Assembly: GCA_964586285.1 (NCBI GenBank)
Contig: CAZPHU010000002.1
Span: forward strand, 1,499 to 65,498
Length of the DNA stretch: 64,000 bases
Direction of reading: 5' to 3'
From: an uncultured Fibrobacterota bacterium
Lineage (GTDB): Bacteria; Fibrobacterota; Chitinivibrionia; Chitinivibrionales; CAYFVL01
The notes below the pieces were generated by a model that searched no databases, was not told the DNA's origin, and was given only the letters and a program-made list of their open reading frames with translations. Every line of letters begins with the position of its first letter. The stretch's first letter is position 1. This document shows positions 27,580 through 37,720 of the stretch, one piece after another. The translations under genes were made by a program, and so were the position numbers.

Positions 27580-27662
27580 TATATCGTCTCCTTTTTTTCG
27601 AATATAGATCGCGCATCCTGAAAACATGGAGAAATCGTTGAATTGCTATAGAGTGAATAAAA

Positions 27663-28604
27663 ATGCTTGATGAGAATAGAAAGTATTCAATTCTTATTGT
27701 GGATGATGAACCGGAGATTCGCGAATTATTATCGGATTATTTGTCCAGTGATGAGGGTTACACGGTTTATACAGCCAGGGATGGTTTTGATGCACTTGAA
27801 GCCGTTCTTCCGAATCATTCCATAGATCTTGTCCTTTCAGACATAAATATGCCTCAAATTAAAGGATTCGAATTTTTAAACAGGGTTAGAGTACTTTATC
27901 CTAAAGTTCTGCGAGTTCTAATCACGGCTTACGATGTTGAAGACTATATGGAGCTTGCTCTGCTTCATGATGTAGGTAACATTTTTGTTAAAACAACTCC
28001 CTTTAATTTCAAAGAATTATCCAAAATGGTAGAAAGTTTGCTTTCACGGGACATCTTCGGTGCAAATCGTTTCTTTGACGGCGCTTCACAAATATCCGAG
28101 CGCCACTTTACCATCAATCAGGGAAGTAATATTGATAAGGATGCGAAGCGAATTGTTTCTCTTTTGCCGTCGTGGGCCGGACACGGAAAGTTAAATTTGG
28201 TACTTATTGAGTTATTGACCAATGCTGTTTTTTATGGCGCCCGTAATGAAAACCCGAAGCACAAGGAATCTTGGAAATATAATTTTGAACTCTCCGAAGA
28301 TCAGGTAGTTAGAGTGAGTGTTATTTGGGACAATCAAAAGTATGCAGTTTCTATATTGGATAAGGGGGGTAGATTGAGGAAAAAGGATGTTCTATATTGG
28401 CTGCACCGTCAAACAGCCCGTGACGGGAATAACATGCCTCTTGGAGTTTACGATTCACACGGCAGAGGGTTTTATATAGCACGTCAATATATCGACCGTC
28501 TTATCATTAATATTGCTCCTCAAGAAAAGACCGAAGTTATTGTAATCAATTACCTTGACGATAAATATCAAGGATCTAAACCTTTGTATATAAATGAAAT
28601 ATGA
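27663..28604 (+). CDS. Response-regulator receiver fused to an RsbW/SpoIIAB-like (HATPase_c_2) serine-kinase-type domain
   Basis: REC domain: ILIVDDEPEIRELL...DLVLSDINMP...VLITAY. The C-terminal domain carries an N-box ELLTNAVFYGA, a G1 box ILDKGGRL and a G2 box GRGFYIARQ. Confidence 0.7.
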   Translation: MLDENRKYSILIVDDEPEIRELLSDYLSSDEGYTVYTARDGFDALEAVLPNHSIDLVLSDINMPQIKGFEFLNRVRVLYPKVLRVLITAYDVEDYMELALLHDVGNIFVKTTPFNFKELSKMVESLLSRDIFGANRFFDGASQISERHFTINQGSNIDKDAKRIVSLLPSWAGHGKLNLVLIELLTNAVFYGARNENPKHKESWKYNFELSEDQVVRVSVIWDNQKYAVSILDKGGRLRKKDVLYWLHRQTARDGNNMPLGVYDSHGRGFYIARQYIDRLIINIAPQEKTEVIVINYLDDKYQGSKPLYINEI

Positions 28605-29542
28605 AAGTTAGCTCAACTGTGCCGGGAAATGTAAAGAATTTGGAACTGGTCACCTATTTAACCAGCCGATTTACCTATTTAACCAACCATCAGTGGCGCG
28701 AGAGAATTTTAGAAGGTCGTTTTCTACGAAATGGAGAACCATGTACCCCCGCCACTTGCGTCAACGCAGGAGATAATATTTGCTATCTCATGCCGGATTT
28801 TCAGGAACCGCCTGCCGATTTATCTTACTCTATTACATACGAAGATGAGTTTCTACTGGGAATAAATAAAACAGGAAATTTACTTGTCCATCGGGCGGGA
28901 AAATCAATCCGCTCAAATTTAATTTACCACCTGCGTCATGTTCATAAACCGGCATATACAGAGGCACACATAATAAACAGACTGGACCGTGAAACTTCAG
29001 GGGTCATTCTTGTGGCAAAAAATGGTAACATTTTACCAAAGTTTCAGGAACTATTTGCCCGAAGGGAAATTAAAAAGACCTACCTTGCCATTGTAAATGG
29101 AGCTATTCCTTTTGAGGATAAACACATAGACGTGCCGATAGGCAAAGATCTCGAAGCATTTGCGGTACAAAAGTTTTGTGCCAATGGGGAAAACCCCAAG
29201 ACAGCTTCTACATATTTGAGGTTATTGAAAGTCTGGGACAAAAAATATTCTCTTGTTGAACTTAAACCGTTAACCGGCCGTACTCATCAGCTTCGTGTAC
29301 ACATGGCACATTTAGGCCACGTAATTGTAGGAGACAAGCTGTATGGACTATCGAATCAAAAGTATCGTCAATGGAGAGAAAACCCTGATGCTTTCAAGGA
29401 TATTTTTCCAATCAGCCGTCATGCTCTTCACTGCAGACAAGTTGAATTCAGGCATCCATATACCGGCAATCTCTGCCTTATTAAAGCCGAGTGGCCGGAG
29501 GATATTGAGTCTTTTGTGGGAAATCTAGAAAAAAATGCTTGA
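28601..29542 (+). CDS. RluA-family pseudouridine synthase
   Basis: 313 aa with the catalytic block NRLDRETSGVILVAKN and TGRTHQLRVHMAHLGH. ATGA overlap with the upstream gene. Confidence 0.9.
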   Translation: MKVSSTVPGNVKNLELVTYLTSRFTYLTNHQWRERILEGRFLRNGEPCTPATCVNAGDNICYLMPDFQEPPADLSYSITYEDEFLLGINKTGNLLVHRAGKSIRSNLIYHLRHVHKPAYTEAHIINRLDRETSGVILVAKNGNILPKFQELFARREIKKTYLAIVNGAIPFEDKHIDVPIGKDLEAFAVQKFCANGENPKTASTYLRLLKVWDKKYSLVELKPLTGRTHQLRVHMAHLGHVIVGDKLYGLSNQKYRQWRENPDAFKDIFPISRHALHCRQVEFRHPYTGNLCLIKAEWPEDIESFVGNLEKNA

Positions 29543-29575
29543 AGTTAGAATTCTCAATACGAGGGAGATATTGAT

Positions 29576-31255
29576 ATGGCGTCACCTTTACCGTTAAAAA
29601 ATCCTTCCGAACCGTCCTGGTATCCTTCGCTAATGGAGCTTATTCCGGATATCGTATATGTTGTTGATCCGGACGGGACTTTTTCCTACGTTAATGAAGC
29701 TATTCGCATTTTGGGTTACGAGCCCGAAGAGCTAATCGGTAAACATTTCAATGAGTTGATTCATGACGAGGATATAACGCGCGTAAGTCGTAATCATGTT
29801 TTACCTTCATTTGTGGGTAAAAAAACAGGTGACACAAACGCCCCCAAGCTCTTTGATGAACGTAGGACGGGGGCGAGGAGTACAAACAGGCTTGAGGTTC
29901 GATTGAAAACGAACCGGAAAACTAACAATGTCTCTTTTCAATGCCTTTACGCTCAGGTAAATTCTTCCGGCTATTATCAGAAAAGGGAAAAGAAACCTTC
30001 ATTTATGGGTACAATTGGGGTTATTCAGGATGTGACCGAGCGCAAAAATGCAGAGGTGCAGTTCAAACATTTAGAGGCTCAGTTGTATCAGGCTCAGAAA
30101 ATGGAAGTTTTGGGGCAGCTTGCAGGCGGTATTGCCCATGACTTCAACAACATGCTTTCAGGAATAACCGGATATGCGGAAATAATCCGTCGCGAAAATC
30201 AGGACGAGACAGGCGACATTAAGGACAAACGGTTGGCCAGACATATCGAAACGGTCATAAATGCATCTAAAAGGGCATCAGAGCTGTCCCGTAAGTTGCT
30301 GGCATTCTCAAGACAGGGAAAATACAAAATTGAGGCGGTCGATGTCCATCAATCGATAAAAGAGTCGGTATCACTACTGGAGCGTACAATTGATCGACGT
30401 GTTCGAATTGTTAAAAAATTGGATGCTTCACACTCTTTCATTATGGGAGATTACGCCCAGGTACAAAACGCAATACTAAACCTGGCAATGAATGCTCGTG
30501 ATGCAATGCCTCAAGGTGGAACTTTAACCATCAGCACTTTTCTCGATGAGATAGAAGAACATAAGGGGCCTATCCAAACCAGATCCAGCCGTCTTACTCC
30601 GGGTACATATGTAGTAGTTGAAGTGAAAGATACTGGAATGGGGATGGACAGAGAAGTACAAAAGAAAATTTTTGATCCTTTTTTCACGACAAAGCCCGAA
30701 GGAAAAGGTACCGGATTAGGCCTTGCCAGCGTTCTGAGTACGATGAAGAATCATCTGGGAGAAATATTCGTCAGGAGTAATCCGGGTAAGGGTACTTCCT
30801 TCAGGCTTTATTTTCCAGCACAAAATGTTCCATTATCAATTCCCGGCAAACAATCTCCCGAATCTGTTCATCAGAGAGGCCAAGGGAATATCTTGGTTGT
30901 TGATGATGAGAAGATGGTTCGCGATCTTCTTATGCACATGCTTTGCGAAGTGGGCTATTCGGTAGTTACCTGTGAAAACGGATTACAGGCCAGGGATTAC
31001 TTTTCAGCACATCGGGAGGCTATAGACCTTGTTATGCTCGATGTCAATATGCCGGTGATGAATGGTGTAGACTGCCTGCGAGAGCTGAGAGCTATTGATC
31101 CCCAAGTTCGTACAATTGTAATGACTGGTTACGCTGTTTCGGAGGATACGAAAAAAATTCTTACGACGGGGGTCTCCGGTTTTCTGCAGAAGCCTTTCGA
31201 GTATCGCCTCTTAATCAAGATGATTAAGGAAATTATCACCTCTTCGTCAAAATGA
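29576..31255 (+). CDS. Hybrid sensor histidine kinase (PAS - HisKA - HATPase_c - REC)
   Basis: H-box GGIAHDFNNML, NLAMNARDAM, DTGMGM, GTGLGLAS, and a receiver ILVVDDE...LDVNMPVMNG...KPF. GAGGGAG Shine-Dalgarno upstream. Confidence 0.9.
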   Translation: MASPLPLKNPSEPSWYPSLMELIPDIVYVVDPDGTFSYVNEAIRILGYEPEELIGKHFNELIHDEDITRVSRNHVLPSFVGKKTGDTNAPKLFDERRTGARSTNRLEVRLKTNRKTNNVSFQCLYAQVNSSGYYQKREKKPSFMGTIGVIQDVTERKNAEVQFKHLEAQLYQAQKMEVLGQLAGGIAHDFNNMLSGITGYAEIIRRENQDETGDIKDKRLARHIETVINASKRASELSRKLLAFSRQGKYKIEAVDVHQSIKESVSLLERTIDRRVRIVKKLDASHSFIMGDYAQVQNAILNLAMNARDAMPQGGTLTISTFLDEIEEHKGPIQTRSSRLTPGTYVVVEVKDTGMGMDREVQKKIFDPFFTTKPEGKGTGLGLASVLSTMKNHLGEIFVRSNPGKGTSFRLYFPAQNVPLSIPGKQSPESVHQRGQGNILVVDDEKMVRDLLMHMLCEVGYSVVTCENGLQARDYFSAHREAIDLVMLDVNMPVMNGVDCLRELRAIDPQVRTIVMTGYAVSEDTKKILTTGVSGFLQKPFEYRLLIKMIKEIITSSSK

Positions 31256-31673
31256 TTGTTTAGACTAAATCTGAGTTTGAAATTCGGAATTACTGAAAAT
31301 CTCTGGAAAAACAGTTATCCCAAACCGTATTTTGCCAAACGGTCGCCGATTTCATACGATCGAGCCTGTAAGATAATGAGACAGACTTTGCGATCCATTC
31401 GGCTTTAAAAATTACTCGGCTCAAAATACCACTTTTGATCTAACTGCGTTTTCAAAACAGCTGCAGGCTAAATCTTTTCAGAAAATTTTCAAATGCCCCC
31501 GGTATTTGCTGAGAAGGAATGAAATGGCCAAATGTTTTGAAATCGTGGTCGAATTGATTAGATTACATAGGCAAGACGAGCATGATATATTTAAGCTGTT
31601 TCGGGTTTCGTAGTGAAAACGGCTGTAATTAGAAAGAAAAGTTGAGAAATTTGCTTGCGGAAAAAGGCACATT

Positions 31674-33992
31674 ATGGGAAAAAATCTGGTAATCGTTGAA
31701 TCACCGGCTAAGGCAAAAACAATGGAATCCTTTCTAGGAAAGGATTTTTCGGTTGTATCGTGTTATGGTCATGTTCGTGATTTGAGAAAAAAGGGGTTGT
31801 CTGTAGATATAGAACACGATTTTGCTCCTGAATACGAGATTTTGCCCGATAAGAGGGAACTGGTCAAGAAATTGAAAAAAGCCTCAAAGGAATATGAGCT
31901 GGTCTGGTTAGCCACCGATGAGGACCGCGAAGGTGAAGCCATATCCTGGCATTTGGAACAGTCACTGGAACTTCCCTCCGAAAAAACCAGACGTATTGTT
32001 TTTCGAGAGATTACGCGAAATGCCATACGCTCCGCGGTAGAACATCCTCGGACAATAGATCACAATTTGGTTGATGCTCAGCAGGCCAGGCGCGTACTGG
32101 ATCGCCTTGTTGGATATCAACTCTCTCCTGTGCTGTGGAAGAAAATCAAAAGGGGGTTGTCGGCCGGGCGTGTTCAATCGGCGGCTGTAAGGTTGATTGT
32201 AGAGCGCGAAAGAGAAATCCTTTCATTTAATCCGGAAGATTTTTTCAAAGTAGAAGCGCTTTTTGGGGTAGAGAAAGGGAAAAAACTTAAGGCTGATTTA
32301 CCCGAACGTCTCGAGTCGGAACCGGAGGCTCGCGAACTTCTCGAGCGATGCAGGGGTGCACAGTTTACTATATCAAATCTTGAAAAAAAACCTGCGAAAA
32401 AATCCCCTTCACCTCCATTTACGACATCAACTCTTCAGCAGGAAGCAGGCCGTAAGTTGGGGTATTCGGTTTCTCGAACCATGCTACTGGCTCAGCGATT
32501 GTATGAAGCCGGGCATATTAGTTATATGAGGACCGATTCGGTTGCTCTCTCAAATGATGCGTTAAGTGGAGCCGCAAAAGCAATTACCAATATGTTCGGG
32601 GCAGATCATGTCAAAACAAGACGTTATCAGACCAAGACTGCTCAGGCTCAAGAAGCGCATGAGGCAATTCGGCCTACTAACTTCAGTAACAGAATGGCCG
32701 GAGCCGACCGAAACGAACAAAGGCTATATGAGTTAATTTGGAAACGTGCGATTGCTTCTCAAATGGCCGATGCCAGACTCGAGCGCACAACGGTTACTAT
32801 CTCCATTTCCACCGATCCGCGGAATCTCATGGCCAAGGGTGAAATAGTTGTATTCGATGGTTTTCTAAAGGTTTATGAAGTTGAAACGGATGAGGAAAGT
32901 GAAGAGAAATCCGGAGGTTTACTTCCACCACTAAAGGTCGGCCAAATTCTAGATTTTATTCATATGCACGCTACACAGCGATTTACACGCTCAAAGCCGC
33001 GCTATTCAGAAGCATCATTAGTGAAGGCTATGGAAGAGCGCGGAATCGGAAGACCCTCTACTTATGCGCCTACTATCACGACAATTCAGCACCGGGGCTA
33101 TGTAACAAAAGAAACACGTGAAGGAGATGAACGCCACTATATCGATCTAATGCTCAGCGACAGTCAAATATTGGTTGAGAAAAAAACCGAAATAACAGGA
33201 ACCGAAAAAGCAAAGCTGTTTCCGACCGATATGGCCATGATAGTCAATGATTTTTTGGTAAGCAATTTTCCCAAGATAATCGATTTATCTTTCACTGCTG
33301 ATGTTGAGCAAGATTTTGATGCGGTTGCAGCCGGTAGAAAAGAGTGGAAGAAAATGATAGCCGGCTTTTATAAGGATTTCTCAGTCCAGCTTCACGAGAC
33401 GGAAACAACTGTGAACCGCTCGGATGCCGTTGTTACTCGCGAACTTGGAGTAGATCCTGATACAGGCAGGCGTGTCGTAGCCCGCATGGCCCGCTTTGGC
33501 CCTGTAGTAGAGAAGACCGCACGTGATGAAAACGAAAAGCCTGTTTATGCCGGGCTTCTGCCTGGGCAGTTAATAGAAACTGTTACTCTTGAGGATGCAC
33601 TAAAACTTTTGAGTCTTCCCCGAGAAATTGGGGAATACGAAGGAAAAGTCGTAAGTGCAGGTATTGGACGCTTTGGTCCATACGTTCGTCATAACGCAAC
33701 CTATGTGTCACTGGGAAAAGAATACGATCCCCATTCGGTAACTTTAGATCAGGCTATACGTCTACTGGAAGAAAAGAAAAAGGCGGCCGATAAAAAGGTG
33801 ATAAAGGAATTTCCCGGAAAAGACATAAGAGTACTTAGAGGACGTTATGGGCCGTATATCGCAACAAGTGGCAAAAACGTCAAGATACCGAAAGACTACG
33901 ACCCGGAGACCCTCACAGAGGAAACTTGTGAAAAACTTATAGAACAGGCTCCCGCCAAAAAAAGAAGATCTAGAGTGACAAAGAAGAAGTAG
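31674..33992 (+). CDS. topA: DNA topoisomerase I
   Basis: 772 aa with Toprim LVIVESPAKAKT and DEDREGE, plus the catalytic Tyr region ISYMRTDS. The C-terminus has three GRFGPY-type repeats rather than Zn ribbons. Confidence 0.95.
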   Translation: MGKNLVIVESPAKAKTMESFLGKDFSVVSCYGHVRDLRKKGLSVDIEHDFAPEYEILPDKRELVKKLKKASKEYELVWLATDEDREGEAISWHLEQSLELPSEKTRRIVFREITRNAIRSAVEHPRTIDHNLVDAQQARRVLDRLVGYQLSPVLWKKIKRGLSAGRVQSAAVRLIVEREREILSFNPEDFFKVEALFGVEKGKKLKADLPERLESEPEARELLERCRGAQFTISNLEKKPAKKSPSPPFTTSTLQQEAGRKLGYSVSRTMLLAQRLYEAGHISYMRTDSVALSNDALSGAAKAITNMFGADHVKTRRYQTKTAQAQEAHEAIRPTNFSNRMAGADRNEQRLYELIWKRAIASQMADARLERTTVTISISTDPRNLMAKGEIVVFDGFLKVYEVETDEESEEKSGGLLPPLKVGQILDFIHMHATQRFTRSKPRYSEASLVKAMEERGIGRPSTYAPTITTIQHRGYVTKETREGDERHYIDLMLSDSQILVEKKTEITGTEKAKLFPTDMAMIVNDFLVSNFPKIIDLSFTADVEQDFDAVAAGRKEWKKMIAGFYKDFSVQLHETETTVNRSDAVVTRELGVDPDTGRRVVARMARFGPVVEKTARDENEKPVYAGLLPGQLIETVTLEDALKLLSLPREIGEYEGKVVSAGIGRFGPYVRHNATYVSLGKEYDPHSVTLDQAIRLLEEKKKAADKKVIKEFPGKDIRVLRGRYGPYIATSGKNVKIPKDYDPETLTEETCEKLIEQAPAKKRRSRVTKKK

Positions 33993-34043
33993 TCATTGTA
34001 CTTTGGTTTGGCGTTCTTTCCATTTAGCCTCTTGAGGGACTAT

Positions 34044-35351
34044 ATGCCTGCTAAAACGACCCGCTCGAAAAAGAGAAAGAAAGGAAGAGCGCGTAAGAGA
34101 TCCGCATCCACAAAACTCAGTAAAAAATCGCTCCTCATATTTTTATTTCTAATTTTAATTGTGGGGTTTCTCCCATATTCACACTCTTCAATCACCAACA
34201 TGATTGAAGATCTCTTCAGCGGCAATCTTAAAATCCAGAATTCATCCCTTACTCCTTTGAGGGGGGTTGCCCTGAAAAATGTAACTTTTTCTCATAAATT
34301 TGATGACCAGTCACTGATAAGGCTGAAACTACCCACCATAAGGATAAGATATTCTCCTTTAAAAATCCTGACTAATCGAAAAAAGGTTGTAAAGCATCTT
34401 ACCTCTGCTCTTAAATCGGGAGAGATAAACTACCTGGACTCACTAATCGAAAATGGAATATCCGAGGTGCAGATCAATAAAGGCCATATTGATTTTGTCG
34501 GATCCAAAGGCTGGAAAGGTGTTGCCGAAGGAGTACAGGCAAAACTCTCAGTTGAGCAGGTGAAGGAAAAGAAGTTGAAGGGCTGGGTTAATGTTGATGA
34601 TATAAAGAGTGGTTCTTTTTCTCTGCGGGATTTCAAATCAACCCTTATGGCCGATGGAGATTTGGTTACCATAGGCAAACTAAAGGGCAATTTTTATGAA
34701 GGTCAAATCGGAGGGGAAGTTACTCTGAACATTCGGCAAGAGAGCATTGCTGGTGGTACTATTTCATTGGATAATTTGGAGCTTGTGAAAATGTATGCGG
34801 ATTATCCAAAAAAGGTAGGTAAGTTGGAAGGAGAGGCTGATATACGCTTCAAGATCTTAAAATCATCTTGGAAGGCGGAACAATTACGAGCCAGAGGAAA
34901 AATGTATGCAAAAAATGTATATGCGTATAAAATACCCCTTCTTAATACAATCGTAACCACGTTAACACTTCCTCGGCTTAAATCACTCAGATTTAAAAGT
35001 CTGGAAACTGATTTTGAACTGAATGGCAAGGTCATTTCAGTTACCAATCTGAGCGGAAGAGGAATCCCCATGGATATAACCGGAGGCGGGCAGCTAAATG
35101 AAAAAATGGAGATGGATTTAGATGTTGAGGGATATTTTCCCGAAACCTTTCGCGACAGCCTTTCGACTATTACATGGAATGCGTTGTTTTCCGAGGAAAA
35201 CAAAAAAGGAAGGAAATTCAGATGCCGAATACAGGGTACCTATGATGAACCTTGGATAACGGTGGATCGCAAACATGCTCGAAAAGCTGTAAAAAACGTA
35301 TTTACCAGCATCGGTCAGAGTATCGGCTCGGTGTTTAAAAGAGATAAATAG
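34044..35351 (+). CDS. Membrane-anchored hypothetical protein (AsmA-like C-terminal region, tentative)
   Basis: ATG at 34044 with a GAGGGA Shine-Dalgarno. Basic N-terminus plus a TM helix (LLIFLFLILIVGFL). The remainder is beta-rich and ends in ...RIQGTYDEPWITVD, reminiscent of AsmA-family C-termini. Confidence 0.4.
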   Translation: MPAKTTRSKKRKKGRARKRSASTKLSKKSLLIFLFLILIVGFLPYSHSSITNMIEDLFSGNLKIQNSSLTPLRGVALKNVTFSHKFDDQSLIRLKLPTIRIRYSPLKILTNRKKVVKHLTSALKSGEINYLDSLIENGISEVQINKGHIDFVGSKGWKGVAEGVQAKLSVEQVKEKKLKGWVNVDDIKSGSFSLRDFKSTLMADGDLVTIGKLKGNFYEGQIGGEVTLNIRQESIAGGTISLDNLELVKMYADYPKKVGKLEGEADIRFKILKSSWKAEQLRARGKMYAKNVYAYKIPLLNTIVTTLTLPRLKSLRFKSLETDFELNGKVISVTNLSGRGIPMDITGGGQLNEKMEMDLDVEGYFPETFRDSLSTITWNALFSEENKKGRKFRCRIQGTYDEPWITVDRKHARKAVKNVFTSIGQSIGSVFKRDK

Positions 35352-35407
35352 TATACGTCACCCACTTTACCAACTTCAAAGCATATTTTTGTTCCTCGAG
35401 GCATGAA

Positions 35408-37720
35408 CTATCCAAACAGATCCATTTGGCCGCTGATAATCGTATCGAAATCCAACTTTTTCCATTCCAGAATAGAATCGGCCACAGGTTTCAGCTGCGT
35501 ATCTATGTAATGGTCATAATCAAGAGCCGCCGATATTTTGCCCACTGGCTGAGGCCCTTCAACCGTTATCACGTATGCCACGCGGGAGGGCACATGGTCG
35601 AGCATACGAGCAGCCTGTATGTGTGGAGGTACGTGGCTGACGTAATTTTCAAGGTTCTTTCGCACACCTTTACGGTAGACCAGCTTCTTATCATAAAATC
35701 CGGCACGAAGATCGTTAACGATGCGCACGATGTAGTCCTCGACAGGTTTATTGGTAAATATACGCATATAAATCTCATACTGAAAATCTTTGGCCAAGTC
35801 CGTCCAGTCTGATCGTGCGGATTCCAGTCCTTTAAATGCTAGTTTGAGTCCGTCATTTTTTTCAATCGCTCCGCAATATCTTTTTTTGCTGCCTTGGTTG
35901 CTTCCTCTGATCGTAGGCAAGAAGAAGTACCGGAAGTGCTGTTCGAATTCAAGTTCGAGTGATGATTTTACCCCAAATTGCTTGAGAAGCTCGCTTGCAA
36001 GCCACTTGTTGACCTTTTCGGCCAAAATTCGACCAGTATGAGCGGCTTCATGCTCTTTGCCCGCCCCCAGAAGTAAAAACAGCGAATCGGTGTCACCATA
36101 GATAACCGAATAGGAAGTAGTGTTTTCAAGATAACTTCGAGTTTTTTTCAAAACGAACTGACCGGTACCGGTTATCGTCTGAGCCAGTTCCGGCATGAAA
36201 AAACGACATCCGGGTGAACCTAATACGCCGTAAAAACTATTCATCAAGATTTTGATTGCTTGCGACAGGGGAGCGTTTCGGGTCTTTTTTGCCTCTGTCC
36301 TGGCTTCCAACAGTTCGTCTATAATCCGTGGTAAAATAGTTTGAGTGCGGCTGAATGCCGGTCCTACCGGACCTCGCACCGTTTCACCAATAGAAGCTGA
36401 GATGCGGCCGAGCGGGTCTATCATAAATGTTTTTATAAGAGTTGGATACAGGCTTTTAAAATCCAGGAGCAAAACATTTTCATAGATCCCCGGGATGGAT
36501 TCCATAACATAACCCCCGGTTAGAGGCTGAGATGGGGCGGCAATATCCACCGTGTCACGGGCGACGTAACCGTTTCTGTGCAGTCTTGGAAGATATACAT
36601 AATCAAATGCAGCTACACTTGCCCCTGAACGGTCTAGCAGGTGTCCGCAACGTTTTGATCTTGCAACCATATCGGGTAGTAGTCTCGTTTCTTTGAAAAT
36701 ACGCGTGGTGAGGATTGCATCCTGAAGGTTGTATCGAGCTAGAGACTGCTTATCTTCTCTGAATCTGCGATTTATTTCAGCAATTTTCTCTTTGCCCGTT
36801 TTCTCGATGCTCTTTCTTTCTCCCAAAATGGTTGAGGCAACAAAGTCAAGGGAATAGCTCTCAAAAGTATGATAGTATGCGCGCAGGACGACAGGTACAT
36901 CCAAAACAACGCGCCCCGGAATACGGGCTACACGGCGTCTAGACATTCCGCCGGCCTCCAGTATCTTGGAAGGTCTTCTTCTACCCAGATCGAAGGTTGT
37001 TTTGAGTGTCTCGCAGCGCATTTGGATTACCCACAAATCGAAATCTATAACATTCCAACCGATCAGAATGTCCGGATCTTCTTTTCGCACATGGTCGAAA
37101 AAAGTCGACAGTACATCACGTTCTAATGGACAATAAACTACACCTTTGGCTTCAGGCCCTTCTCCGCGCATAAAAACGATCTGTTCTTTACCGTCTGCGG
37201 CAATTGAGTATATCTCATTGGTTTGTGCATTGGTTTCTATGTCAAAGGACATTACCGAAAGATTTATATCTGCATCGATTCCGCGAACTCGCGGATTAAG
37301 AAACATAAGAGAGTTGTCTTTGCTGTGAGGCTCTCCTTCCACTAAGAAACTTCCGGCTACAAAACGCTCCATCAGGTAGCGTTCGACCGGATGTACATCC
37401 GATTCATAAGTTTTTATACCGTCGGCTCGAAGCTTACGCGCACAAAGACGGTGGTCGTAGAGCCGATTGAAATAGAGGCAGTCAACCTTTGTGCCGTCCA
37501 TCGCTCGAAGTTCAAGCTGCCTGCGTAGGGACGCTGTAGAGGTAAGATTTTTCGGGGTGTCACTTGGTACAAAGAAAAGCGGTCGATAATTATCTATCTT
37601 AATCGTAACACTGTTGCCGTTGTCTGAGCGGGCGTAAAGAAAAATTTCGAATCGGCCCGATTGATCCCCAAAAGAGTAGTTAAGAAGAAAGCATCTGTGG
37701 GAAAGTTGCTGTTGAGTCAT
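35408..37720 (-). CDS. polB: DNA polymerase II (family B)
   Basis: 770 aa with ExoI FDIET, motif A LLLDFKSLYPTLI and motif C VIYGDTDSLF. The N-terminal region is closely patterned on E. coli Pol II (VHPVERYLMERF). Confidence 0.92.
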   Translation of the reverse strand: MTQQQLSHRCFLLNYSFGDQSGRFEIFLYARSDNGNSVTIKIDNYRPLFFVPSDTPKNLTSTASLRRQLELRAMDGTKVDCLYFNRLYDHRLCARKLRADGIKTYESDVHPVERYLMERFVAGSFLVEGEPHSKDNSLMFLNPRVRGIDADINLSVMSFDIETNAQTNEIYSIAADGKEQIVFMRGEGPEAKGVVYCPLERDVLSTFFDHVRKEDPDILIGWNVIDFDLWVIQMRCETLKTTFDLGRRRPSKILEAGGMSRRRVARIPGRVVLDVPVVLRAYYHTFESYSLDFVASTILGERKSIEKTGKEKIAEINRRFREDKQSLARYNLQDAILTTRIFKETRLLPDMVARSKRCGHLLDRSGASVAAFDYVYLPRLHRNGYVARDTVDIAAPSQPLTGGYVMESIPGIYENVLLLDFKSLYPTLIKTFMIDPLGRISASIGETVRGPVGPAFSRTQTILPRIIDELLEARTEAKKTRNAPLSQAIKILMNSFYGVLGSPGCRFFMPELAQTITGTGQFVLKKTRSYLENTTSYSVIYGDTDSLFLLLGAGKEHEAAHTGRILAEKVNKWLASELLKQFGVKSSLELEFEQHFRYFFLPTIRGSNQGSKKRYCGAIEKNDGLKLAFKGLESARSDWTDLAKDFQYEIYMRIFTNKPVEDYIVRIVNDLRAGFYDKKLVYRKGVRKNLENYVSHVPPHIQAARMLDHVPSRVAYVITVEGPQPVGKISAALDYDHYIDTQLKPVADSILEWKKLDFDTIISGQMDLFG

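Noticed and set aside
26147-27616. Out-of-frame ORFs (26147..26671 and 27143..27616) on the same strand inside comEC.
   Set aside because: They lie in alternative frames of a well-supported polytopic ComEC ORF, and their products have no membrane-protein or other recognisable character.
35408-37720. Family-B DNA polymerase as the hallmark of a self-synthesising mobile element (casposon or polinton-like).
   Set aside because: The sequence follows E. coli Pol II closely (RNA-primed type, N-terminal VERYLMERF block). There are no flanking terminal inverted repeats, Cas1, integrase or terminal-protein genes.
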